Part shown: in pieces, positions 1-9,789 of the stretch
Position numbering within the stretch: the first letter of the stretch is position 1
How the letters are laid out: each line of letters starts with the position of its first letter
DNA from: Candidatus Thorarchaeota archaeon
GTDB lineage: Archaea > Asgardarchaeota > Thorarchaeia > Thorarchaeales > Thorarchaeaceae
DNA length: 64,000 nucleotides
NCBI GenBank assembly: GCA_046758445.1
Contig: JBHIAE010000001.1
Coordinates: 32,001-96,000 of the forward strand
Direction: 5' to 3'
The notes under the pieces: generated by a model
What the model saw: the letters and a program-made list of their open reading frames with translations, nothing else
What the model was told of the DNA's origin: nothing
Databases searched by the model: none
Position numbers and translations under genes: made by a program

Positions 1-2
1 GC

Positions 3-836
3 ATGACTGGCCTATCAGCCACTGACGTCTATGCAAACTACTTGATTATGAAACATTTTCAGGAGCTTGGAAGAGTAGATGGCTCGGTAACACTCTTACC
101 CGTTGCCAGCCCTTTGGCGTTCAGACTTGGTACAAGGGTTTCTCCCCTTGACTCGAAGGACTTGGACAGTGTCTTTCCCGGCGATGAGCACGGCACTGTC
201 ACTCAGAGAATCGCCTGGGAAATATGGCGTCGAGTGTCTCAAGCAGACTGTGTTGTTCATTTGAAGACCGGAGTGCAAGCGTGTGTCAGTCATGTGGTGG
301 CACTACATCGCGATTACATCCATGTCAGGAATCTAGCGTCTCAGATATCTTTGCCTATTGTCGCCCAGAGCTTGGGTCAGAGAGGTGCACTCTCAACGGA
401 AGCTGCGCACGAAGGAATCCCTGTGGCGACCATTGAGATGCGCGGAGAGAGAAGTTACACTGACACTCAGGCTGCTGTGGAAGTCAGAGAGGCAATTCTG
501 AACTATCTTAGAATCAGGAATATGATCCCGGGAGATAGTATTGAGGCGTCTAGCATCTTTACCGGAAGGATGCGACAGGTTAACGCCGAAACTGAGGGTT
601 TCTTCATACCGACTGCTCATCTTGGAGAAGAAATCAGAAGTGGGGACGTGGTTGGACACATTCAGGACAAGTCCGAAGTCACCTGCTCATATGATGGGAC
701 TGTTGTATCATGCAGCCGGATGACCTACGTGTTCGAAGGAGACTTGATTGCGCGAGTGGCAGCTCCATTGGCTGACCAGCCTCTCGAACGGGAAACCGAT
801 GTTAGTCCTTCAGAGCCCCCGAGGAGAAAGTGGTGA
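3..836 (+). CDS. Succinylglutamate desuccinylase/aspartoacylase (M14-like) family protein, probably 5'-truncated
   Basis: LPVASPLAF..R.SP.D.KDL..VFPGD..GT.T.R.A motif and C-terminal biotinyl-like hybrid domain; typical metal ligands look degenerate. Confidence 0.75.
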   Translation: MTGLSATDVYANYLIMKHFQELGRVDGSVTLLPVASPLAFRLGTRVSPLDSKDLDSVFPGDEHGTVTQRIAWEIWRRVSQADCVVHLKTGVQACVSHVVALHRDYIHVRNLASQISLPIVAQSLGQRGALSTEAAHEGIPVATIEMRGERSYTDTQAAVEVREAILNYLRIRNMIPGDSIEASSIFTGRMRQVNAETEGFFIPTAHLGEEIRSGDVVGHIQDKSEVTCSYDGTVVSCSRMTYVFEGDLIARVAAPLADQPLERETDVSPSEPPRRKW

Positions 837-1267
837 TGAGTTGCGGTTGTGAGATGTCCGACCACTTGATGTGTACAAATGTGGGAGACCTGCGTCTGAG
901 AGAGAAAGGATTCTTGGTCATCATAGGAAGCTGCATGAAGACTCGTCATCCAGAGATTGTAGATGACTTCAAGCAGAGAAACGGTGGCCAGATTGCCCTG
1001 TATGTCTGTTTGGAGGAAACACACGCCAACAAGGCAGGGTTCAAGATTGGATCTATGGTGAAACACTCTGGGATTAAGAAACTCACGGCCTTGACAGTTG
1101 ACGGAAGTCCGCATTGCGTACAGTTGCACTTCCTTGTTGACGACGTGAAACGTCATTTCGTGCCAGACGTGGAAACACTACACTACGTTGTGGAGAAGGA
1201 CCGCATTGTGGAGGTGTCTTCCGAAGAAGTGAAACTCGCAAGGCATCTTTCCAAGATCGGTGCTTGA
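830..1267 (+). CDS. Conserved archaeal Cys-containing protein (putative Fe-S protein)
   Basis: GSC, VCLEE.H and TVDGSPHCVQLH motifs; start may be 836 or 854. Confidence 0.55.
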   Translation: MVMSCGCEMSDHLMCTNVGDLRLREKGFLVIIGSCMKTRHPEIVDDFKQRNGGQIALYVCLEETHANKAGFKIGSMVKHSGIKKLTALTVDGSPHCVQLHFLVDDVKRHFVPDVETLHYVVEKDRIVEVSSEEVKLARHLSKIGA

Positions 1268-1272
1268 AGGTG

Positions 1273-1866
1273 TCATGCTTCAGATTTCCTCAGACGTGGA
1301 AGAATGAATCCAGTCTTTTCACGATAGTCCTGATACGCCTGACCATACTGGATAACCAGTTTCCTCTCCTCTAGCAACGTACCAACCAAGACGTATGCGC
1401 TGAGAAGCAGAGCGTAGACAACAACATTCGAAAATGGGTAGACTGAAGCCATTCCAAAAAGCAGTATGATTGTCGCAAGATAGAGCGGATGTCGAATTCT
1501 TGAGTAGATGCCAGCAGTAACGAGTTCTGGCTTCCTATCTGTACGCATGTCAGCAACTGTGCTCACAGATATCACCTGAGATGCCCTTGCGGCCAAGACC
1601 AATCCGAGAGCGATCAACCCCCAGCCAAGTAGGAATAAGGCAGGTTGAACAAGCTCGGGGCTTCTAATAAAGTAGAACCAGTCCCAGAAACCCATTGATA
1701 GGAATGAACCAAGAAGAGCCAGCACGCTTGTGAACTTGTAGATTTGCGCGTATCCAGTCTTTCCCCACCGGTCAATTATCCAATCCTTCACTCTAGGAGT
1801 CGAGAGTCCACTATGCTGAAGCCCAAAGACCGCCACTCCAACTAGGATTACAAAGTACTGAATCAA
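1273..1866 (-). CDS. Isoprenylcysteine carboxyl methyltransferase (ICMT/PEMT)-family membrane protein
   Basis: LVTAGIYSRIRHPLY and EERKL...YG..Y..Y motifs; several TM helices. Confidence 0.85.
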   Translation of the reverse strand: MIQYFVILVGVAVFGLQHSGLSTPRVKDWIIDRWGKTGYAQIYKFTSVLALLGSFLSMGFWDWFYFIRSPELVQPALFLLGWGLIALGLVLAARASQVISVSTVADMRTDRKPELVTAGIYSRIRHPLYLATIILLFGMASVYPFSNVVVYALLLSAYVLVGTLLEERKLVIQYGQAYQDYREKTGFILPRLRKSEA

Positions 1867-1943
1867 GACAGGACCTCCTTATTCCTTACAGAAATCTTAT
1901 AAGAGTATTAACAATAGTTAATTCAACTCTTAAAAGCTTTGAG

Positions 1944-2519
1944 TTGAGTAAGATGAGTAAGAACCCATTTACACCAGTAGTGTTATCAGAAGACACGATG
2001 GTCACTGTCAAAGAGGGTGACGATGAGAAGAAGGTCGATGCCAAGAGGTACTGGATTCGATACAAGGTGGGCGAATCGAGTGACATCCGGTATGTCGATG
2101 GTGGGGCTGACGACATAGCTACCGTGGAGGACAAGGCGCTCTTTCTTGTTCCATCAATCCATAGAGTGAACGGGGAGGCCTTCCACTACAACGCTGCCTC
2201 AACTGAGAGGATTGTCGGGAAGGATCGGATTGAATCAGAAACACATAACCTGAGCAGACATCCTGCTTGTGAGTCACACGAGATAATCGAAGTGACCTAT
2301 GAGAGTCCCGGGGTGGAGTGCTGTGAGATGACAAAGGAGGAGGCTGACGAGCAAGAAGTTCCTCTTCAATACTTGTCAGGGTATCTCCTAGGAAAGAGCA
2401 AAGGACTCGTAAAGGTGGCACTATCAAAGACTGTCTTAGATGAGTCTGGAGTCACTACCTACGACAACATCAGAATCATCCCCGAGGCAGTAGTCAAGGA
2501 ATGGAACTGTCTCGAGTGA
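1944..2519 (+). CDS. Hypothetical protein
   Basis: 191-aa ORF with upstream TTAAAA box; no family recognised. Confidence 0.65.
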   Translation: MSKMSKNPFTPVVLSEDTMVTVKEGDDEKKVDAKRYWIRYKVGESSDIRYVDGGADDIATVEDKALFLVPSIHRVNGEAFHYNAASTERIVGKDRIESETHNLSRHPACESHEIIEVTYESPGVECCEMTKEEADEQEVPLQYLSGYLLGKSKGLVKVALSKTVLDESGVTTYDNIRIIPEAVVKEWNCLE

Positions 2520-2551
2520 TACACACAGGAAGTGTTTCATAGTTTCTACTA

Positions 2552-2720
2552 AGAAAGAAAAGCGGCGGACGTCCTAGGCATCTCCCGAGTCTGGCTAACC
2601 CCACGCTGCCAGACACCTTTTCGTTGTGGGCGTCCGCCCACCTTCTGTAACGGTTCAACCAAGAACCCACCAGCTATCATATGCGTGGTAGTCAGTTGGC
2701 CTGATAGGGAGTACATCATT
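2552..2720 (-). ncRNA. Candidate structured non-coding RNA, class unknown
   Basis: Two GC-rich stem domains (GGCGGACG/CGUCCGCC, GUCUGGC/GCCAGAC, CUACCA/UGGUGG); AT-rich TATA-like boxes at 2729-2752; U-rich 3' end. Confidence 0.45.
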
Positions 2721-2853
2721 TCACCGATGCTTAAACTTATATGGAGATATAACAGCGCTTCGGGACACACTTCTCTTGGAGTGTAGTTTTACACCACCGT
2801 CTGGCGCCCACTATGTGTGCGGCCATATCCGAGAGAGCTGTTACAAGGTGAAC

Positions 2854-3801
2854 ATGATGGCGAAGCCAGCCCGCTCTATGAACGACCGCCAACGAGGCAT
2901 AAGGGTATGCACGATATGTGGCGACAATGACTTCTTTGAGGACCTAGCCAGAGGAGAGAGCATCTGCACATCATGTGGATGTGTAATCAATGAGAAACAC
3001 ATTGACTCGGGGCCAGAATGGAGAGCCTTTACTTCGGAAGAGAGAAACGCGAGAGCGCGAACTGGTTCCCCGATGACCCTGACCATGGCAGACAAAGGTC
3101 TCGCCACAACAATTGGGTGGAGCGACAGGGATGCCAATGGTCGCGCCATTGCTGCAAGCTCCCGGGCCGCTATATACCGAATGCGAAAGTGGCAGATCAG
3201 GACCATTGTTCATAGCTCCCAACACAGAAACCTAAGCATTGCAATGAGTGAGATGGACAGGCTTACGTCCCAGCTTGGTGTGCCAAGCGAAACTAAGGAA
3301 ACTGCAGCTCTCATCTATAGGAAGGCACTTTCTCGACGACTGGTCAGAGGACGCAGCATCGAGGGCATGGTTGCAGCAACCATTTACCTGTCTTGTAGAA
3401 TTCATAAGATACCCAGACAGCTCGATGAGATTGTCACTGAAGCTCGAGTCAACAGAAAGGAACTAGGGCAGTGTGTGAGGCTCATCCTAAGGAATGTTGA
3501 CGTGAAAGTTCCTATTCCGTCAGCAAACGATCTCATGCCTCGGATTTCTGCAGACCTGGGACTTGACGGTCAGACTGTTCAGACTGCCATGAAGATCATC
3601 AACGAAGCAAGGAGGGAAGGTATAACAGCCGGAAAGGACCCTGGTGGACTTGCGGCCGCTGCGCTGTATATTGCTGGTATCATCACGAATGACAGACGGA
3701 CGCAGAGGGAGATTGCTGAGGCCTCAAATGTGACCGAGGTCACGGTGAGGAACAGATACAAAGACCTCGCCAACAGCCTACAGATAACAATCAAACCGTA
3801 G
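2854..3801 (+). CDS. tfb: Transcription initiation factor IIB (TFB), copy 1
   Basis: CxxC..CxxC Zn ribbon, GPEWRAF B-reader, two cyclin repeats ending TEVTVRNRYKDL; start moved to ATG 2854. Confidence 0.97.
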   Translation: MMAKPARSMNDRQRGIRVCTICGDNDFFEDLARGESICTSCGCVINEKHIDSGPEWRAFTSEERNARARTGSPMTLTMADKGLATTIGWSDRDANGRAIAASSRAAIYRMRKWQIRTIVHSSQHRNLSIAMSEMDRLTSQLGVPSETKETAALIYRKALSRRLVRGRSIEGMVAATIYLSCRIHKIPRQLDEIVTEARVNRKELGQCVRLILRNVDVKVPIPSANDLMPRISADLGLDGQTVQTAMKIINEARREGITAGKDPGGLAAAALYIAGIITNDRRTQREIAEASNVTEVTVRNRYKDLANSLQITIKP

Positions 3802-3884
3802 TAGTGGGACCTGACCCACTGGCATTCTCATAGCAGCCCTCAGATCTTCGACAGCCAACTACGCTCTAGTTTAGAGGTTGCTGT

Positions 3885-4535
3885 TTAGAGATAGCGTGCT
3901 ATGACCTCGTGCGTTTCCTTCTTCCATTCTATACTCTTCTTGGCCAGTTCAGTAGCCACATTGCCGGGCATGGCCTCGTCACGAGGCATGGACTCAATCT
4001 TGCTCAGCCATCCGGAGGTTCCGAGCGGAAGTGACATCAGCTCTTCTCCTTCGGTTGCCTTGATCATCATTTCTCGTCCGTGTGCCAATTGGAAGTAGAC
4101 CGACTCGAGCGGGGCTTTCTTCAGGATATAGAATACAAGCCGATCCCAGCAGGTCTTTGCAACAAGGGCCCGCTTCAGTTTCCCTCTGTCATCTTCAGAA
4201 AGGGATTGATACTTCTTGACAGAGTTCTCAATGGTCGATGCGATCCCAGCTAAATACTCCTCAAGGGTTGAGGAATCCTCTCCCGATGCTGTCAGCTCGA
4301 CGAGCTTCTGTGCTCCCTCCACCCAGACGTTAATCGTTGCCGGTGAGTCATCAATTCTAACCGAGAAGGCGGCTTTCCCATTGAATATCTGGCTCTCAGC
4401 CTCACTGTAGTCATTCAGCAGAACGCCCGGCTTTGATGCAACTGCGTACCAGGCTAGTCTAAACACAACAGCAGACTCAGGTATCTTGAAGTTTAGAGCC
4501 TTAGTGGCCTCAGTCCTGTCACCACTTTCTTCCAT
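3885..4535 (-). CDS. Hypothetical protein
   Basis: 216-aa ORF with upstream GGAGG; no family recognised. Confidence 0.7.
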   Translation of the reverse strand: MEESGDRTEATKALNFKIPESAVVFRLAWYAVASKPGVLLNDYSEAESQIFNGKAAFSVRIDDSPATINVWVEGAQKLVELTASGEDSSTLEEYLAGIASTIENSVKKYQSLSEDDRGKLKRALVAKTCWDRLVFYILKKAPLESVYFQLAHGREMMIKATEGEELMSLPLGTSGWLSKIESMPRDEAMPGNVATELAKKSIEWKKETHEVIARYL

Positions 4536-4699
4536 CGCGTGTGGCCCTCCCTATAGCCAATCAGGACCTAGCGCGTGACCTCCTTATAGAGTTTGGTGGT
4601 GGCTCTCTCCAGACCGCCTCTTGACATTGAAGGGGCTGCACTCTCTAATAGTAGGCGAACAGCGGGCGGTTTATTGGGCGGATTGCAGAACTGACGAGC

Positions 4700-5110
4700 A
4701 TGGTTTCAAGGTCTCTTGAGAAAATGATGCTCATCGCCATTGGGCTCACAACTGCGGTAATCGTTGGAGTCCCCATTCTCATGTATGCTATTGATACGCT
4801 AGGGACAACTTCTCAACTAGAGAGAGCAAGGCAGGTCGCTGAGAGCATCCACAATGGTACTGCCAAAGTAGATGATGGCTTTGTGAACAGTACGGTGATA
4901 GAGATCACGGTGCCCGAGGGCGTCACAGTAGTTGCCGACAATTCAACTCTGACTATCTTCTTTGAGAAAGAGAGCATGGAACCTAGATCATGGAGCGAAA
5001 TCTATGATCATGAAATAATGCTCCATGGTCCAGTTGGGTCCGGGCCCTATGTTGTGAACATAGTGCTGGTTTCAAGCACCATCGAGATGTCCTTCAGCTC
5101 TGTTGTCTAG
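4700..5110 (+). CDS. Pilin-like/membrane-anchored protein
   Basis: Short basic N-terminus RS-LE followed by a hydrophobic helix (class III signal peptide-like) and a beta-rich C-terminus. Confidence 0.5.
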   Translation: MVSRSLEKMMLIAIGLTTAVIVGVPILMYAIDTLGTTSQLERARQVAESIHNGTAKVDDGFVNSTVIEITVPEGVTVVADNSTLTIFFEKESMEPRSWSEIYDHEIMLHGPVGSGPYVVNIVLVSSTIEMSFSSVV

Positions 5111-5200
5111 GTTGACTCACCAGTTTCATTTCAACACAAGCTTTTTAATGACGGCTCAGGTCTTCGCCGTCGATACCTCCAAGGCTGAGGTCTGAATGTA

Positions 5201-6259
5201 ATGGACGAGGACTCTGAATGGTCTGAAGACGAGGATGCTGAGGAAGCTGATCCAGAACAGATTCCTGAGGAAGACGAATCTATCCCGGAGGAGGAGGTCG
5301 TCAAGACTCCGAGAAGGCTCAGTCTGAAGAATCCAGTCGGTTTCATCTTCAATGTTCGAATGTTGAGAAGAGTCGTCCAGATACTGTTCTTCGTGGGCAT
5401 CAATGCTTACATTCTTGTCGCTTGGATGGGCGGGGAGCAGATTCTTGCATTCTGGGAGGGCTTCCGAGACCTTCTTCCGACGTTACCCATCATTGCACCG
5501 TTGGAGGCTCCATATGCTGTACTTGCTGGAACGTTCGACACGCTTCAACGCGAGTTCTCCGGAGGCATCTTCCCCTTCTTCACGCTGGGTGCAATGGTCA
5601 TCATCCTGACAATACTAGGCCGATCAGCCTGTGGCTGGGTATGCCCGATCGGTACCATACAGGACTTTGCAACATTGCCCAAAAGAGCCAAGGTACGTCC
5701 TGCACATACTACCGAAAAAGAACTGAGACGAATCAAGACGTACATCTTCGTCATTGTTATGGGCTTGGCACTCTGGGTAGGTATCAGTAGGGTCTTTGGA
5801 ACCGCAGAGAACCTAGTGGCAATACTCGGACCGTTTGCTTCAGCAGCATTCGACCCATTCAGTCCAGCCTACATATTGTTCTTCGAAGCCACAACACATG
5901 CCTGGCCTTATTCACTAGAAACTCTTTGGTTAGCAACCCAGTGGGGGTACTTCTTGGCGCAATTCGCGTTCGTAGTCCTGATTGTTATTGTTGGAATATG
6001 GGTACCAAGATGGTTCTGCAGGTGGCTGTGTCCAGCAGGGTGGTTATATGGAGTATTCTCGAGAGACGCTCTGATTAGTATCGGCAGGAATCCTGCCAGA
6101 TGCACGCCTGACACGTGTAGTGTGTGCGAACATGTGTGCCCAATGAATATACGGATTCGTCGCTTCCCCTACCAGCACATGCATTCACCGGAGTGCATAT
6201 TGTGTCTAGAATGCAAGAGCCATTGTCCCAATGGAGCGGTTGTCTTACGATTCTCATGA
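5201..6259 (+). CDS. Membrane 4Fe-4S binding protein (NapH/MauN-like)
   Basis: GRSACGWVCPIG and RWFCRWLCPAG motifs, C-terminal 2x[4Fe-4S] Cys motifs, TM helices. Confidence 0.9.
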   Translation: MDEDSEWSEDEDAEEADPEQIPEEDESIPEEEVVKTPRRLSLKNPVGFIFNVRMLRRVVQILFFVGINAYILVAWMGGEQILAFWEGFRDLLPTLPIIAPLEAPYAVLAGTFDTLQREFSGGIFPFFTLGAMVIILTILGRSACGWVCPIGTIQDFATLPKRAKVRPAHTTEKELRRIKTYIFVIVMGLALWVGISRVFGTAENLVAILGPFASAAFDPFSPAYILFFEATTHAWPYSLETLWLATQWGYFLAQFAFVVLIVIVGIWVPRWFCRWLCPAGWLYGVFSRDALISIGRNPARCTPDTCSVCEHVCPMNIRIRRFPYQHMHSPECILCLECKSHCPNGAVVLRFS

Positions 6260-6613
6260 TGACGTGACCGTGATTCTGTGACTGGCCTTCTCAAACCCCT
6301 CCTGAACACTAGCATAGAGATTCATAAGGCGGAGGCCGAACCTTGTGATCCTTGCACCACCACCCCCCTCAGTACCACCCTTGAATGTTTCTAGGAGCTT
6401 GACTCCAGTTTCTTGTTCAATCTTACGGACTACTCCCCAGGCGTATCGGTATGACATGCCAAGTGCTCTTGCTCCCTCTGTTATCGTGCCCTTCTCCCTG
6501 ATACTATTCAGTATTGCGAATGCCCCAGGACCAAATACATACTTGCCGTTGTGTTCGAGCCAAAGCTTCCAGTTTGGTTTCAACTTAGAGAATGCATCAT
6601 CTTCGATAGACAT
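6254..6613 (-). CDS. ModE-family winged-helix regulator (stand-alone)
   Basis: FGPG..IL..I...G.I...A..LGMSYRYAW and GG..GGGA.IT motifs. Confidence 0.9.
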   Translation of the reverse strand: MSIEDDAFSKLKPNWKLWLEHNGKYVFGPGAFAILNSIREKGTITEGARALGMSYRYAWGVVRKIEQETGVKLLETFKGGTEGGGGARITRFGLRLMNLYASVQEGFEKASHRITVTSS

Positions 6614-6674
6614 CAATGGACACTTCCGGAGCACACGTTGATTGAAAGGTAGGGAGCTCCTCATATGACACTTG

Positions 6675-6902
6675 CTAATGTCCCCAGCGAAGCCTCTCGG
6701 GCTTCGTTTCCTTCTTGTATGCCTTTTTTACCCTCTTCCAATGGTCTGAACAGAGGTAGACCTTTCTAGAACGGGAGTCCTTCACCTTCAGACCAGTCTT
6801 CGCAACACTCTCTGTGATGCGCACTGTCGCAAAAGATCTTTTCGACTCATTCTTACATCCAACGATGCTGCAGGTCTTCTTAGTGGATGACAAGTTCCTC
6901 AC
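6675..6902 (-). CDS. Small basic Zn-binding protein
   Basis: CSIVGC...YLCSDH ligand pattern; resembles a small conserved TACK protein (from memory). Confidence 0.65.
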   Translation of the reverse strand: MRNLSSTKKTCSIVGCKNESKRSFATVRITESVAKTGLKVKDSRSRKVYLCSDHWKRVKKAYKKETKPERLRWGH

Positions 6903-6954
6903 TTCACCTGAGAGCGTTCATGTCCTCATTTAACTATGACGGCCTGGGTCGACA

Positions 6955-7944
6955 TTAAACATCGCCTTTTGGGGTCAAAAGGGGTCCTCTTGAGTAGTCG
7001 AACATGACCTGTTCTTCATTGGCCATCCTGAGCCGCAGAGAGAGCGTGTCATCCACTTCGCCTACCTGAACTATCGTCATGCCACACTCTTGTGCAACAT
7101 TTGAAACAAATGGGAGGTTCTTGGGGTTGACAGTTACCAAGAATCCTAGTGAGATATACATCCGCAGCCAGTCTTCAAGTCCAATTCCTTCTGGAAGTGA
7201 TTCATCCACTGCATCAAGATCGAGAGTACCGCCCTTTCCTGAATACTCTAGAAGCATCCCAGCTGTGCCGACGAGACCCGCAACAGAAACATCCTTCGAG
7301 GCGGTAATCAGATGTTGTTGAGCCAAGGTGTTCATTACCGAGAGTCTTCGAACCACCTTGCTGGCCGACCTTCCTGTGACAGAGTCCCAGCCTAACTTGT
7401 AACTCGACCCTCTTTCACCAACTGGGTCAAAGACTAGAATCATCAGATCACCCTTCTCTGCACCTCCGGCGGTCAGGAGATCGCTCTTCCTCACAGTCCC
7501 TGTCGCCGAACCGACAACGTAGGTGGCATGTGACTTCGGGTTCGTGTGTCCTCTCACTATTGGAACTCGGAAAGTGTGGGAGCCATCAATTAGACCCTCT
7601 AGAATCTGCTCACCAATCTTGGCGTCTGAGTACGAAAGTGCGACGGCGAAGGAAGTCGGAGTGCCGCCTGCAGCGTAGATATCCATTACATTTGCTAGGA
7701 CTGCGTTGAATCCAGCCGCTCGGGGATGGTTGAGGCACAACTCCTGCACAATGGCGTCCGTAGTAAGCAATACAATCTCATCGCCGTCTGTCTGAATGGC
7801 TGCAGAGTCTTCACCAAGTCTATGTTCTTGATTGCCATTGTATGAGGTGGTTCTTAGCCTTCCGATTATGGAGGGAAGCACATACTTTCTTGATATTCCC
7901 TCAAACTCATGCAGGAGACCAACAATCCCCTCAAGACGCGTCAA
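6955..7944 (-). CDS. AIR synthase (PurM/SelD/ThiL)-superfamily protein
   Basis: GEDSAAI, ANVMDIYAAGG.P, GHT and KDVS..G motifs. Confidence 0.85.
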   Translation of the reverse strand: MTRLEGIVGLLHEFEGISRKYVLPSIIGRLRTTSYNGNQEHRLGEDSAAIQTDGDEIVLLTTDAIVQELCLNHPRAAGFNAVLANVMDIYAAGGTPTSFAVALSYSDAKIGEQILEGLIDGSHTFRVPIVRGHTNPKSHATYVVGSATGTVRKSDLLTAGGAEKGDLMILVFDPVGERGSSYKLGWDSVTGRSASKVVRRLSVMNTLAQQHLITASKDVSVAGLVGTAGMLLEYSGKGGTLDLDAVDESLPEGIGLEDWLRMYISLGFLVTVNPKNLPFVSNVAQECGMTIVQVGEVDDTLSLRLRMANEEQVMFDYSRGPLLTPKGDV

Positions 7945-7973
7945 ATAGAATCACTCTTGGCAGACCTAGTGGG

Positions 7974-8099
7974 TCATGGCGCACCGAGAAAGCCAAGTGC
8001 AAATGCAGTCTGTCCCAGTATGATACCAATCCCTAGCAAAGACAGGCCAACCATGAGGTAGATTAGGGCCCTCATCACTGGACGAACTTCATCTAACAC
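7974..8099 (-). CDS. Small single-TM protein (41 aa), not in ORF track
   Basis: GTG start preceded by AGGTGA; MLDEVRPVMRALIYLMVGLSLLGIGIILGQTAFALGFLGAP. Confidence 0.6.
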   Translation of the reverse strand: MLDEVRPVMRALIYLMVGLSLLGIGIILGQTAFALGFLGAP

Positions 8100-8177
8100 T
8101 TCTGGTCACCTAGCCGTACTGCGAGGACTTGTGTGTTGCTTATAGACGTTACGGGGCGGCTTCCACAGAGTCTTATC

Positions 8178-8513
8178 TCAGTCGAGTGCTCTCCTACCCC
8201 CTTGGTGCTTTGAGTATTCCTCAGGATCACCATCCCCAAGATCCTCACTAATGACATCGGCGAAGTCGGCATCGTCTAAAGAAACAACAGTGATCCTCTC
8301 AAGACCTCTACACTTGCCGGCTTCTGTCATTTTCCGTTTGGTGCAGATGCCAAACTTGCACCACGGACCGTCACACTCATCGTCAACCTCAGCGCACCAA
8401 ACCATCTTCTTTGAGCCCCTACGCCGAATCTTGAATGCGCTCGGCTGTCTATTACACTTGAACATCGTACATTGAGGTGTGCAATCAGTGAGAGATTCTG
8501 ACATCCGACTCAC
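8178..8513 (-). CDS. Cys-rich conserved archaeal hypothetical protein
   Basis: Eight Cys in the pattern CxPxC..C..WC..C..C..C..C, plus acidic tail. Confidence 0.65.
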   Translation of the reverse strand: MSRMSESLTDCTPQCTMFKCNRQPSAFKIRRRGSKKMVWCAEVDDECDGPWCKFGICTKRKMTEAGKCRGLERITVVSLDDADFADVISEDLGDGDPEEYSKHQGGRRALD

Positions 8514-8528
8514 TCACAACACATTGCT

Positions 8529-9323
8529 TCATTTCTTCTTCTTGGCTTCAATAAGAACCTCATCAAGAATGGACCGACTGACTTCGAGAATCATGATAGA
8601 CCTCTCAATCTTGGCCTTTGACCCTTCATAGTTGCGTGCTGATATGTCACCGATCTTGTGTTGAGCATCTAGGCGACTCCCTTCACGGTTCAAGGTGCGG
8701 CCTGTCTTCTTCATGCTCTTGAGCCAGTTCTCAGCCTGCTTCACGGAGTTCTTCAGTTCCTTCCGTAGAGTCTTGACCGTATCGATTATCTTTGTCTTCT
8801 GTTCCTTATAGACAGCCTGATCTAGAGACTCCTTCATCTCCTCAAGCTTCGTTCGCTTTTTTTCATACTCTTCAAGTGACTGGAGAATGCTCTCAAGACT
8901 GAGGCTTCCTCTGAATGAAGAGAGTTCCTCACGTCTGCTCTTGGTCTTGTCAAACGCGGTTCTCAGGCCCTCGGCCCTAGCCGTGAGTATGGCCTTGTCA
9001 GCGTGTCTGAGTTGCAGGGCTTGCCTTGTGGATTGGATTTGTTCGACGAGACCGTCCAGTTCCTTCCGTATAACCTGTAGTTCAGCCCTCGACATGAGAG
9101 TTGCGAACTCTCTCCGGTCCATGCCTTCAACCGTCATTCCAAACTCAGGCAGGTCAACTGACTCATCTTTGGATGGTACTACTGGATTATCAAGTATCTC
9201 CAGAGTTGTGTGCTCTGGTATCTTGTCTCCAGTCATGGACAGGGGCGTGCCACACGAATTGCAGTAGCGCCCCACAGGAACTTCCGAACCACATGATGGA
9301 CACGTGATGGATGCGTCAGACAT
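8529..9323 (-). CDS. Zinc-ribbon plus coiled-coil protein (CdvA-like coiled coil)
   Basis: CPSCG..YCNSCG N-terminus; long heptad region with L...HKIGDIS...YE. Confidence 0.6.
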   Translation of the reverse strand: MSDASITCPSCGSEVPVGRYCNSCGTPLSMTGDKIPEHTTLEILDNPVVPSKDESVDLPEFGMTVEGMDRREFATLMSRAELQVIRKELDGLVEQIQSTRQALQLRHADKAILTARAEGLRTAFDKTKSRREELSSFRGSLSLESILQSLEEYEKKRTKLEEMKESLDQAVYKEQKTKIIDTVKTLRKELKNSVKQAENWLKSMKKTGRTLNREGSRLDAQHKIGDISARNYEGSKAKIERSIMILEVSRSILDEVLIEAKKKK

Positions 9324-9391
9324 CAGGTTACTCCGTCCTATGCAGAGTTGGAGATGAAACGTAGGTGTTGTGTCATGGGTAGTCCTTGCTT

Positions 9392-9709
9392 CTATTTCAG
9401 AGTTCCAAGGCGAGCAGTCACTTCGTCTAGCTTCGCCTTTGTGGAAACAATGCTTTGAGCACCATACTCAGGAAGAACCTTCAGCTCCTCCACGAGAAGT
9501 GCTATCGCTCTTGCAGGGTCTATCTCCTTTGTTTCGAGAGAGCCATCAGGAAAAGTCAGTGATGCCTCAACCCACTTCTCTTTCGTTTCGTCAGCTGGAA
9601 ATAGAGTATAAATGTAGTCATCATTGCTGCATATGAAGGAGGGTGTGTGCTCCCAGGCCTTCGCCAACAATGCACCGAAGGTCTTAGCATTCTCAGCTTT
9701 GTCTGCCAT
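9392..9709 (-). CDS. Hypothetical protein
   Basis: 105-aa ORF with upstream GGTGA SD. Confidence 0.7.
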   Translation of the reverse strand: MADKAENAKTFGALLAKAWEHTPSFICSNDDYIYTLFPADETKEKWVEASLTFPDGSLETKEIDPARAIALLVEELKVLPEYGAQSIVSTKAKLDEVTARLGTLK

Positions 9710-9789
9710 TCAGAAATCACCCTCGTGGGCTGGATGAGATTGGGAAACGCTTGGTCTGGGTCCTTATTTGTTTTGCTCCGGTATGACCT

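Noticed and set aside
2563-2640. tRNA-Sec or other tRNA
   Set aside because: No T-loop, UCA anticodon loop or proper arm lengths on either strand
6955-7944. Selenophosphate synthetase SelD
   Set aside because: No N-terminal Cys/Sec-x-x-Lys catalytic motif
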